Source: Conexivisphaerales archaeon (GTDB lineage: Archaea; Thermoproteota; Nitrososphaeria; Conexivisphaerales; DTJL01). From it: a DNA stretch of 64,000 bases. The translations under genes were made by a program, and so were the position numbers. This document shows positions 28,871 to 37,186 of this stretch, piece after piece (the stretch's first letter is position 1; each line of letters begins with the position of its first letter). Under the pieces are notes generated by a model. It had not been told where the DNA came from. It worked only from the letters and a program-made list of their open reading frames with translations, and made no database searches. The stretch is from the NCBI GenBank assembly GCA_049509455.1, contig JBEKZX010000001.1, forward strand, positions 99,110 to 163,109, written 5' to 3'.

Positions 28871-30037
28871 TTGGACACCAAGAAGGCGAACACCGGAAGG
28901 GAGGTCAAGGCCTCCCTCATTTTGGCGGGAAGATTGACCTACAGCCTCCAGTGGTTCCTCATCTCCCCCGCTCTCCCCGCCATCGCTTCTCAGGGCCATG
29001 TGCCGACGAACCTTCTCGGGCTCATACCGGTGGCCTTCTTCGGGGCGGCCGGCATCGCTCAGATCCCGTCGGTCTACATCTCCCAACGGCTGAACCCTTC
29101 GCGGACCTACGTCCTCGGCCTCCTACTGCTGGCCGCGGGCAACGTCCTTCTTCCGCTTAACGTCACTACGTTCTGGCTCTTCGCTACTCGCGCCATCTCC
29201 GGCGTGGGTGCCGCCCTGTTCTTCGCGTCGGCGGCCGGCGTCCTGTCGGGTCTCTACCCGTCGAAGCCCGGTCCCATAATGGGGGTCTACAACGCGGCCT
29301 TCGCCATGGGAGGGGCATTGGGGCTGGTCTGGGGGGTGCTAGACCAGGCGCTGGGATGGGAGCTGGCCACTGAGATAGGTGGGTCCATAGGCGTGGCGAT
29401 GGCCATAATCAACTATGCGGCTATCAGACACGAGCCCCATCAGCTTGGGCGCCGCTTAACGGGCATCACTAGTGTCCTAAGGGACCGCACCATCATCTCC
29501 GCGGGACTCGCCTACACGGGCGTCTGGGGTGCCTACTTCGCGGTGGGCCAACTGCTTCCCTCCTACGAGCAGCTCAGCCTAGGCGCGTCCGTTTCGATCT
29601 CCGGGCTCCAGTCGTCCCTGCTGCTCTTTCCCAGCATCGTCGGCAGTTTCATGAGCGTCTTCTACGGCAGGTTCAGGAGGAAGCGGCTCCTCCTGGCCCT
29701 CGTGGCGGTGCCCTCGATTCTCCCTGCGGCCTTCATCGGCCTAGGCAGGGTGGACGTCATCGCCGGCTCCCTGATAGCCATCGGTTTCTTCAACGACTTT
29801 AGCATCTCGATGCTTTACGCCTACCTCGTGGACTTCCCCGACAACGATCCTACGGCTACGCTGGCCGTCGTCAACACGTTTCATATGCTGATTGGGATGT
29901 GGGTGGCGCCCATGCTCTCGCTGGGGTCGGCGATTTCGTGGAGCTTCGGCTGGGGCCTTGTTGGGATCGTCCCCCTCCTCCCTCTGGTCCTCCTGCTCGG
30001 CGCTGGTCGCCAAGAGCCTCGTGACTCCGTCAGCTGA
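28871..30037 (+). CDS. MFS transporter
   Basis: About 12 hydrophobic segments; RAISGVG; YGRFRRK. Confidence 0.88.
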   Translation: MDTKKANTGREVKASLILAGRLTYSLQWFLISPALPAIASQGHVPTNLLGLIPVAFFGAAGIAQIPSVYISQRLNPSRTYVLGLLLLAAGNVLLPLNVTTFWLFATRAISGVGAALFFASAAGVLSGLYPSKPGPIMGVYNAAFAMGGALGLVWGVLDQALGWELATEIGGSIGVAMAIINYAAIRHEPHQLGRRLTGITSVLRDRTIISAGLAYTGVWGAYFAVGQLLPSYEQLSLGASVSISGLQSSLLLFPSIVGSFMSVFYGRFRRKRLLLALVAVPSILPAAFIGLGRVDVIAGSLIAIGFFNDFSISMLYAYLVDFPDNDPTATLAVVNTFHMLIGMWVAPMLSLGSAISWSFGWGLVGIVPLLPLVLLLGAGRQEPRDSVS

Positions 30038-30110
30038 AGATTCGGTGCCCGGCGCTCGTCCAATTCCTGAGCTACGTTTACAGTATGAGAAAGGCGGGGC
30101 ATCGTTACAG

Positions 30111-30290
30111 ATGGAGATAGCGAACGTCAAGGGAGTCGGCCTTCCCTACGTTGAATCGGGCGAAGGCCGCACCGTCATCTCTCTCTAGGCCCCGCCCAGG
30201 GTGACAATCAGATCGGTCGGAAGGCCCGCGCAAAGCCCCACAAGTATTCGCATCATCCGGTCGCGAATAGGACGAGCAGGCCTAGAGGCA
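30111..30290 (+). pseudogene. Decayed 5' fragment of an alpha/beta hydrolase
   Basis: MEIANVKGVGLPYVESGEGRTVISL then stop where HG is expected; out-of-frame KY/RII..SR further on. Confidence 0.4.
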
Positions 30291-30297
30291 GTTTCCT

Positions 30298-30385
30298 TGG
30301 TGCGGGGGGTGGGATTCGAACCCACGAACTCCTACGAGATCGGGTCCTAAGCCCGACGCCTTTGGCCAGGCTGGGCGACCCCCGC
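30298..30385 (-). tRNA. tRNA-Leu(TAG), CCA encoded, no intron
   Basis: GCGGGGG/CCCCCGC acceptor, CTTAGGA anticodon loop, long variable arm, GGTTCGAATCC. Confidence 0.97.
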
Positions 30386-30464
30386 GGCGAGCCAGAGTTC
30401 CTCTTGCGAAGTTATTTAGTCTACCGACTCGGACCTCCAACGTTATAACACCCATGCGCCTTGG

Positions 30465-31589
30465 GTGTCGTCGGGATTGGCAGAAGGACCCACGAGCGGG
30501 GCCAAGAGGATCATAATCGCCGTCGACATGGACTATTTCTACGCCCAGTGCGAAGAAACGAGGAATCCCTCCGTAAGGCCCAAGCCGGTGGTGGTGTGCA
30601 TGTTCTCCGGAAGGACGGAAGAGAGCGGGGCGGTGGCCACCTGCAACTACGTCGCCAGGGGCTACGGAGTAAGGTCAGGAATCTCCATCTTCAGGGCCAA
30701 GGAGCTGCTCAAGGGAGTCGATGCGGCCTTCCTCCCCCCCGATTTCGGTCTCTACGAGGGCATTTCGAACAAGGTGATGGCCCTCTTGGAGGAGATGTGC
30801 GACCGGATTTCGCCCGAGAGCATCGACGAGGCGTATCTCGACGTCAGCATGAGGGCCCGCGGCAGCTATGAGGAAGCCGCCGCATTGGCAGGCAGGATCA
30901 AGGAGGCGGTCCTCGCTAACACGGGCCTCACTTGCAGCGTCGGCGTGGGCCCCAACAAGCTGACGGCGAAGATGGCCAGCGACAAGTCGAAACCCAACGG
31001 GCTGCTCGTCGTCAAGGAGGGCGACTTCCTCGAACAATTCGGCCCGCTTCCGGTCGATAAGCTCTACGGAGTGGGCAAGAAGACCGCGAACAAGCTCGAG
31101 GCCATGGGCGCGAAGACCATCGCAGAGATGTCCCAGTTGTCGTCAATGCAACTGCAGGAGGAGTTCGGGCGCAGGCTCGGCCTCTATTACTTTCTGGCTT
31201 CCAAGGGCACCGACGACGAACCCTTGAACGACTGGAAGAGGGAGCAGGTCGGACGGATGGTCACCCTTAAAGAGGACACACGTGATCCCGGCCTGATTTC
31301 GCAGGCCCTAGAAGGCATGGCCAAGGAGATAGCCCAGGAGCTAGCCACCACCGGGCTCTCTTACAGGAGCGTGGGAGTTTTTGTTATCGACACGATCCTC
31401 AAAGGGCACAGCAGGAGCCGCTCTCTGAAGAGCGAGGAGAGGAGCGCCGACTCCATCGTCAGGGTGGGACTGCAGCTGGTCGAGGAGCTCTTCGAAGACG
31501 AGCCCGATGTCATCGCCAGACGACTGAGCGTCAGGGTGGCTTCGCTGAAAAGCACAGTCGGGCAGACGGACCTCGCGAGCTTCTACTGA
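30465..31589 (+). CDS. dinB: Y-family DNA polymerase IV (Dpo4/DinB)
   Basis: AVDMDYFYAQ, ATCNYVAR, SIDEAYLD, NKLTAKMASD, LYGVGKKT; C-terminal QTDLASFY. Confidence 0.96.
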   Translation: MSSGLAEGPTSGAKRIIIAVDMDYFYAQCEETRNPSVRPKPVVVCMFSGRTEESGAVATCNYVARGYGVRSGISIFRAKELLKGVDAAFLPPDFGLYEGISNKVMALLEEMCDRISPESIDEAYLDVSMRARGSYEEAAALAGRIKEAVLANTGLTCSVGVGPNKLTAKMASDKSKPNGLLVVKEGDFLEQFGPLPVDKLYGVGKKTANKLEAMGAKTIAEMSQLSSMQLQEEFGRRLGLYYFLASKGTDDEPLNDWKREQVGRMVTLKEDTRDPGLISQALEGMAKEIAQELATTGLSYRSVGVFVIDTILKGHSRSRSLKSEERSADSIVRVGLQLVEELFEDEPDVIARRLSVRVASLKSTVGQTDLASFY

Positions 31590-32521
31590 CGGTCCTTCAG
31601 CGATTCCAGATAGCGCACCGCGTCTAGGGCGGCCTTGCATCCTGACCCAGCCGCCGTGATCGCCTGCCGGTATACCTTGTCGGTGACGTCCCCTGCGACG
31701 AAGATTCCCTCCCTGCTGGACCTCGTCTCATCCCTCGCGATTACATAGCCCGTCTTGTCTAGGTCGACAAAGTCGCGGAAGAGCTCAGTATTGGGCTGAT
31801 GGCCGATGGAGACGAATACCCCCTCACACTTCAAGGTGCTGACCTCGCCCGTCTTGAGGCTCTTCACCCTGACTCCCTCTACCTTTCTGTCCCCCAGCAC
31901 CTCCTCCACAGCGCTGTCCCAGACGAACCGTATCTTAGGCTCGGCAAGAGCCCTGCGCTGCATTATGTCCGAAGCCCTCAACCTATCCCTTCTGTGAATC
32001 ACAGTAACTCCACTGGCTATCTTGGACAGGTAGAGCGCGTCCTCCATGGCCGTGTCTCCGCCGCCTACGACGACCACTTCCTGGCCCTTGAAGAAGTAAC
32101 CGTCACAGACGGCACAAGATGAGACCCCCTTCCCCTTGAACCTGTTCTCCGATTCCAGCCCCAGCCACTTTGCCGAAGCACCGGTGGCCAAGATCACCGC
32201 GTCGGCGAGGTAATGCGCGTTCTCCACGAAGACTTTGAACGGCTTCGTCGAGAAGTCCACCTTCGTCACGTTTCGGTCCACGATCTTGGCTCCAACCTTC
32301 TCCGCCTGTTTCCTCATGCTGGCCATGAGGTCAGGTCCTTGTACGCCTTCCGGGAACCCCGTGAAGTTCTCCACGGTTGTGGTCAGCATGAGCTGCCCAC
32401 CGAATTCATACCCTCCTATCACGACAGGGACAAAACCCGCCCGGGCCGCATAGACGGCGGCCGTCAGGCCAGCGGGGCCGCTCCCTATCACTAGGATCGG
32501 GAGATGCAAACTCTCCGACAT
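31583..32521 (-). CDS. trxB: Thioredoxin-disulfide reductase
   Basis: GSGPAG, CAVCDG, GGGDTA, AGDV..YRQA. Confidence 0.97.
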   Translation of the reverse strand: MSESLHLPILVIGSGPAGLTAAVYAARAGFVPVVIGGYEFGGQLMLTTTVENFTGFPEGVQGPDLMASMRKQAEKVGAKIVDRNVTKVDFSTKPFKVFVENAHYLADAVILATGASAKWLGLESENRFKGKGVSSCAVCDGYFFKGQEVVVVGGGDTAMEDALYLSKIASGVTVIHRRDRLRASDIMQRRALAEPKIRFVWDSAVEEVLGDRKVEGVRVKSLKTGEVSTLKCEGVFVSIGHQPNTELFRDFVDLDKTGYVIARDETRSSREGIFVAGDVTDKVYRQAITAAGSGCKAALDAVRYLESLKDRQ

Positions 32522-32566
32522 GATAAATCGAATCCTGTCAAGCTTCTAAAAAGGGTATCTGGAATG

Positions 32567-34213
32567 TCAGTTCCCCGTCGGGACCTTGATCTTGGCGAAC
32601 AGCGGCTTGGGTGGGTTGAACCTGTGGCCTGGCTCGAGCGCCGCCGTTCCCATCTTGCTTGGGCCGACCTTCAGAGGGTCATCAGGGAGGCCCAGCATGC
32701 CGCACAGCGAAGACGACGATCTTGGCATGAACGGATATAGCATCAGAGCTATGCTGTACACGACCTGGGATGCGACATAGAGAGTCGTCGCGGCAGCGGC
32801 CCGGTCCTCTTTGATTTGCGCCCACGGCTCCTTGACGCTGATGAACTCGTTGCCCTTGCGGGCGAGGTCCACCACCTGCTTCAGGGCCTCTTTGATCTCG
32901 AAACCGTCCATGAGCCGGAAATATTCAGCCGCGGACCGCTTGGCGAAATCCAGCAGCGCCTTCTCCTCGTCTCCCAGAGGGCCCGGCTCCGGCACTGCTA
33001 AGCTAAAGTTGTTCTTGACGAACATGAGGGTCCTATGGACGTAGTTGCCGATGACGTCGTTCAGGTCGCTGTTGACGATCCTATCCAGCTCCGACCAGCC
33101 GAAGTTGGCATCCTTGCCCTGAGGCCTTATGGCCATGAGGACGAAGCGCCAATACTCGGGGTCTGCGATCTTGACGGCGGCGTCCATCCATATCCCGACG
33201 TTCTTACTCTTCGAAAACTTCTGACCCTCGAAGAGGATGAACTCCGTCGAAGAGACTTGCCAGGGGAGCACATAGCCGTCGTCCGCGGCCATCAGTAGGG
33301 CCGGAAATATGATGGTATGAAACGGGATGTTGTCCTTCCCCATGAATATGACGGTCTTGGTGTCAGGGCTCTTCCAGAACCTGTCGAAGGCCTCCTCGTC
33401 CCCGATGCGTTCGGCCCACTCTTTCGTAGCAGAGATGTAGCCCAGCACGGCTTCCATCCACACGTAGATGGTCTTCCCCTCAGAACCAGGGAAGGGCGCC
33501 GGAATCCCCCATTTGTTGTCTCTGGTCAGTGGCCTGGGCCTCAGCCCCTCTTCGAGCCACCGGTTGGAGAAGTTCCTGGCGTTCTCGGGGAACTGCGGGC
33601 AGGAGTCGATGTATGACCTCAGCCGTCCGCTCAACTTCGGAAGGTCGAAGATCCAGTGCTTGGAGTCTCTTATGACCGGGGAGCTGCCACAGATGACGCA
33701 CCTCGAGCTTTTCAATTCTGTCGGCTCGAGGAGGTGACCGCAGTTGTCGCACTGGTCCCCCCTGGCGCCGTCGAAGCCGCAGAAGGGGCAGACGCCCTCG
33801 ATGAACCTGTCGGGCAGGAAGCGTCCGTCCCTCGGACAGTAGGGGAGAGGGACGGACTCGGTCGAGACGTAGCCGTTACGGTAGAGCCTCATGTAGAAGT
33901 CTTGGGTGAACTTCACGTGGACGGGCGACTCGGTCCTGGTGTAGCAGTCGAGCTCGACCATGTACTGCTTGAGGAGGCCCACGATGGTGGCATGGTTCTT
34001 GTCCGTCAGCACTTTGGGGGAGACGCCCAGCTTCATGGCCTCCACCTCGATCGGCGTGCCATGCTCGTCAGAGCCCGAAACGGAGACCACTTCGTCTCCC
34101 TTGAGCCTGAGGTAGCGAGAGTAGACGTCGGCAGAGAGCAAATGCATGAAAGTCCCCAAATGGGGAGTCCCGTTGATGTACGGCCAAGCCGAGCCGACGA
34201 TCCACCTTGTCAA
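32567..34213 (-). CDS. metG: Methionyl-tRNA synthetase (no C-terminal OB domain)
   Basis: PYINGTPHLG (HIGH-like), SGSDEHG, Zn knuckles, GKDNIPFH, KFSKS. Confidence 0.97.
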   Translation of the reverse strand: MTRWIVGSAWPYINGTPHLGTFMHLLSADVYSRYLRLKGDEVVSVSGSDEHGTPIEVEAMKLGVSPKVLTDKNHATIVGLLKQYMVELDCYTRTESPVHVKFTQDFYMRLYRNGYVSTESVPLPYCPRDGRFLPDRFIEGVCPFCGFDGARGDQCDNCGHLLEPTELKSSRCVICGSSPVIRDSKHWIFDLPKLSGRLRSYIDSCPQFPENARNFSNRWLEEGLRPRPLTRDNKWGIPAPFPGSEGKTIYVWMEAVLGYISATKEWAERIGDEEAFDRFWKSPDTKTVIFMGKDNIPFHTIIFPALLMAADDGYVLPWQVSSTEFILFEGQKFSKSKNVGIWMDAAVKIADPEYWRFVLMAIRPQGKDANFGWSELDRIVNSDLNDVIGNYVHRTLMFVKNNFSLAVPEPGPLGDEEKALLDFAKRSAAEYFRLMDGFEIKEALKQVVDLARKGNEFISVKEPWAQIKEDRAAAATTLYVASQVVYSIALMLYPFMPRSSSSLCGMLGLPDDPLKVGPSKMGTAALEPGHRFNPPKPLFAKIKVPTGN

Positions 34214-34322
34214 ACGCGACGCCTTCCGGTGCGAACTTGAAGCGCCGAGATATGATATATAATTCTTTGGGCATGCACCGATCGTCCCGGCTCACGAGAC
34301 ACAATGCAGGTCGTGATGATGT

Positions 34323-35141
34323 TCAGTAGTCCATGAGCCCCTTGTGTTCGCCATCTACTTGCGACCTGATGGACTTCAGCGCATCCTTCTGCTCGTCCGT
34401 GAGCGTTCCCATCAGCTCCAGCGCCTCCAGGCTATTGAGGACCGCGAACCCGTGGAAGTGGTTGTTCCAGTAACCATAGACCTCCTTCGACTTCGCCATG
34501 GCCTTCTTGATCTTAGGCACCCACTGCGAAATCTGCTCCTTCGAGTACCTATAATCGTACCAGACCCGCTGGCCCAGCCCGTGCCACCTGATGTACGCGA
34601 AATCGGCGGTCGAGACAATGTCAGGAGGGAGGAGGGGCTCGTCCACCGTGGTGTTGGCGACCTTGTACCTTTCCAACAGCTTCCAGGTGTCCTCATTCCA
34701 CCAAGATTCGTGTCTGAACTCGACAGCGAAGTTGAAGACATCGATCGGGAGGACCTTGATGAACGATTCCAGGAGGTCCAAATCGGATGTGAGGCTCGGC
34801 GGGAGCTGCACCAGAAGTACGCCGACCTTGTTCAGGTTGGAGAGCGGCTTGAGGAGTTCCAGGAACCTCTCCAGGTCGGCTTCCACGCCCAACCCGAGGC
34901 TGAGGCGCTTCTTGTGGGTGATCAGCTGGGGTATCTTCAGGCTGAACTGGAAGTCCAGCGGGCTGTACTTGGACCAGCCGAAGACGACCTTCTCCTTGGG
35001 GTAGTCGTAGAACGTGCTGTCCACCTCTGCCGTCCTGAAGACCTTAGAGTAGAAGGAAAGCTTAGGTGTGTCCTTATCGGGGTAGAACACCTTCAGCCAT
35101 TCGTCGTAGCTCCATCCGCAGGTGCCCATTCGCAGAGGCAT
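34323..35141 (-). CDS. DUF72 family protein
   Basis: GTCGWSY..W, EVDSTFY, LVQLPP, EFRHESW, YIRWHG, WNNHFHG. Confidence 0.92.
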   Translation of the reverse strand: MPLRMGTCGWSYDEWLKVFYPDKDTPKLSFYSKVFRTAEVDSTFYDYPKEKVVFGWSKYSPLDFQFSLKIPQLITHKKRLSLGLGVEADLERFLELLKPLSNLNKVGVLLVQLPPSLTSDLDLLESFIKVLPIDVFNFAVEFRHESWWNEDTWKLLERYKVANTTVDEPLLPPDIVSTADFAYIRWHGLGQRVWYDYRYSKEQISQWVPKIKKAMAKSKEVYGYWNNHFHGFAVLNSLEALELMGTLTDEQKDALKSIRSQVDGEHKGLMDY

Positions 35142-35178
35142 GGCCCGCTAAATAGCCTGAGAGGCTACTTAAGATATC

Positions 35179-35592
35179 GTGGAGTTCAGGATCGGGAGAG
35201 AAGGTTCGCGGTACTTCCGAATCCCGACCGGAGACAGGCTGAAGGCCTTCTCCCTGCTCTTCGACTCCATCGAAGTCGACTCGACCTTCCATAGCCGCAT
35301 TGAGCTGTCGACCATCCGGTGTTGGAAAGAGGCCGTGCCGCCCACGTTCGAATTCAGTGTTAAGTGTAGCCGCGACGTGGCCGCCGCCTTGAAGTCCACG
35401 GAGAGCCCTAGGACGAAGATGCATTCGTCGGCAGCGGCGAAGATGTCGAGGCTGCGCTCCATTTGTCTTCAGGCTCCGGTTCAGCTCCTCCATCAGGTCG
35501 AAAGGCCTCCTCTTCGCCCCGGACCTCACCGGGATGAGCCCGATGGTCCCGTTGCCCAATTCCAAGTTTCTTCGATTGAGCTAACCTTATAA
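35179..35592 (+). pseudogene. Truncated divergent DUF72 paralog (N-terminal half only)
   Basis: FRIG..FDSIEVDSTFH..W..PPTFEFSVK; similarity lost after QAP. Confidence 0.6.
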
Positions 35593-35623
35593 CATCTGCT
35601 GACTCAGTTCGCCGCGACTACGT

Positions 35624-36751
35624 TTGGCTTCTAGGACACAGCTTTTCGAGGAGTATAAGCCATACGCAAAGATGACCGAGTTCGCTGGTTACGACCTCCC
35701 CATCCTCTTCGACTCCATTATCGCGGAGCACCTTGCTGTCAGGAACTGCGCCGGATTCTTCGACGTGTCGCACATGGGACGCTTCATCATAGAGGGGAAA
35801 GATGCCCAGGCATTCCTCAACAAGGTCGTGACGGTCAACGTCGCGAAGGCCGAGCCGGGGAGGGCCCAGTACACCTTCATCTGTTATGAAAACGGAGGCG
35901 TCATCGACGACCTCATCACGTACAAGGTCTCCCCCGAGAGATTCTTCGTCGTTGTAAACGCTTCCAACCACCTGAAGGACTTAGAATGGATGCTCACATG
36001 GTCGAAGGGGTATGACGTCACCCTGAACGACATTACTTCAGAGTCGTCGCTCATCTCCGTCCAGGGCCCCCGAGCCATCGAACTCATCAGAGCCGCCCTC
36101 GGCTTGGACCTTTCGAGCGTCAAGAGGTTCCGATTTGCGTTCTTCACATATCAGGGGCTGGAGCTCGTCGCCTCGAGGACGGGCTACACCGGCGAGGATG
36201 GGTTCGAGTTGATGCTGAGGGGCGTGACCGTCGACCGACCGGCTGCCGCTTCTCTCATGTGGAGGAAGCTGATGGAGAAGGCGGCCTCCTTCGGGGCGAA
36301 ACCATGCGGGCTCGGAGCCAGGGACACGCTGCGGCTGGAAGCCGGGCTACCGCTCTACGGCAACGACCTCACGGCTGACACGACGCCGGTCGAGGCCGGC
36401 CTCACTCGCTTCATCGACGTTCTGAAGGACGACTACCTGGGGAAGCAGACGCACGCACAACAGATCAGCGGAGGGACGGAGAAGATCCTGAGGGGCATCG
36501 AATGCATCGACAACGCCATCCCTCGCAGTCACTATCGCGTCTTGGTCGGAGCCGAAGATGTCGGGTTCGTCAGCAGCGGGACCTTTTCGCCCCTGGTGCG
36601 GAGGGGCATCGCGCTGGCCTACCTGAGTAGCTCCATCCAGGCCGACGCAGCCCTTTCCGTGGACGTCCGTGGCACAAGATGCAAAGCTGAAATACACCCC
36701 CCTCCGTTTTATGACCCGGAGCAGTACGGCTGGAGGAGAAAGCCTGCTTGA
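35624..36751 (+). CDS. gcvT: Glycine cleavage system aminomethyltransferase T
   Basis: FDVSHMGR, GGVIDD, SRTGYTGEDGFE, GLGARDTLRLEAG. Confidence 0.96.
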   Translation: MASRTQLFEEYKPYAKMTEFAGYDLPILFDSIIAEHLAVRNCAGFFDVSHMGRFIIEGKDAQAFLNKVVTVNVAKAEPGRAQYTFICYENGGVIDDLITYKVSPERFFVVVNASNHLKDLEWMLTWSKGYDVTLNDITSESSLISVQGPRAIELIRAALGLDLSSVKRFRFAFFTYQGLELVASRTGYTGEDGFELMLRGVTVDRPAAASLMWRKLMEKAASFGAKPCGLGARDTLRLEAGLPLYGNDLTADTTPVEAGLTRFIDVLKDDYLGKQTHAQQISGGTEKILRGIECIDNAIPRSHYRVLVGAEDVGFVSSGTFSPLVRRGIALAYLSSSIQADAALSVDVRGTRCKAEIHPPPFYDPEQYGWRRKPA

Positions 36752-37167
36752 AAGCTGGCAAGTATGATATCCCTGAAGACCTTCTTTACACCAAGGATCA
36801 CGAGTGGCTTCGAATGGCCGCCGGCAACTTGGCGGAGGTCGGCATAACCAGTTATGCGGCGGAGATGCTTCATGACATCGTCTTCGTTACCCTGCCGGCC
36901 GTCGGTGCCCTGCTCGAAAGGGGGAGGGCCGCCTCCACGGTCGAATCCGTTAAGTCAGTCTCCGACGTGATGGCACCGGCGAGCGGGAGGGTGACCGCCG
37001 TGAACGAAGAGCTCGCGCAGCACCCTGAGGCGATCAACCAGGATCCCTATGGGAAGGGATGGTTCTTCAAGATGGAGGCAGCCTCCATCGATTCCGAGAA
37101 GGAAGGGCTCTTGGAACCCTCGGCCTACGCGAAGCTTGTCGAGCGGCTGGCGGCTCAAGAAGGTTAA
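36748..37167 (+). CDS. gcvH: Glycine cleavage system H protein
   Basis: YTKDHEW, VESVKSV lipoyl-Lys, INQDPYGKGW. Confidence 0.96.
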   Translation: MKAGKYDIPEDLLYTKDHEWLRMAAGNLAEVGITSYAAEMLHDIVFVTLPAVGALLERGRAASTVESVKSVSDVMAPASGRVTAVNEELAQHPEAINQDPYGKGWFFKMEAASIDSEKEGLLEPSAYAKLVERLAAQEG

Positions 37168-37186
37168 TATTACCACGCTAAACTAG

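Noticed and set aside
30054-30290. Possible structured ncRNA: stems GCTCGTCC/GGACGAGC, GGCGGGGC/GCCCCGCC, CGGCCTTC/GAAGGCCG, CTCTAGGCC/GGCCTAGAG
   Set aside because: Some stems are mutually exclusive, no known RNA motif (RNase P, riboswitch, intron) matches, and the same bases translate to a decayed hydrolase N-terminus. A covariation analysis across relatives would settle it.
34313-34369. C/D-box sRNA candidate (GTGATGA...CTGA)
   Set aside because: No convincing D'/C' boxes and it overlaps the antisense of the DUF72 3' end.
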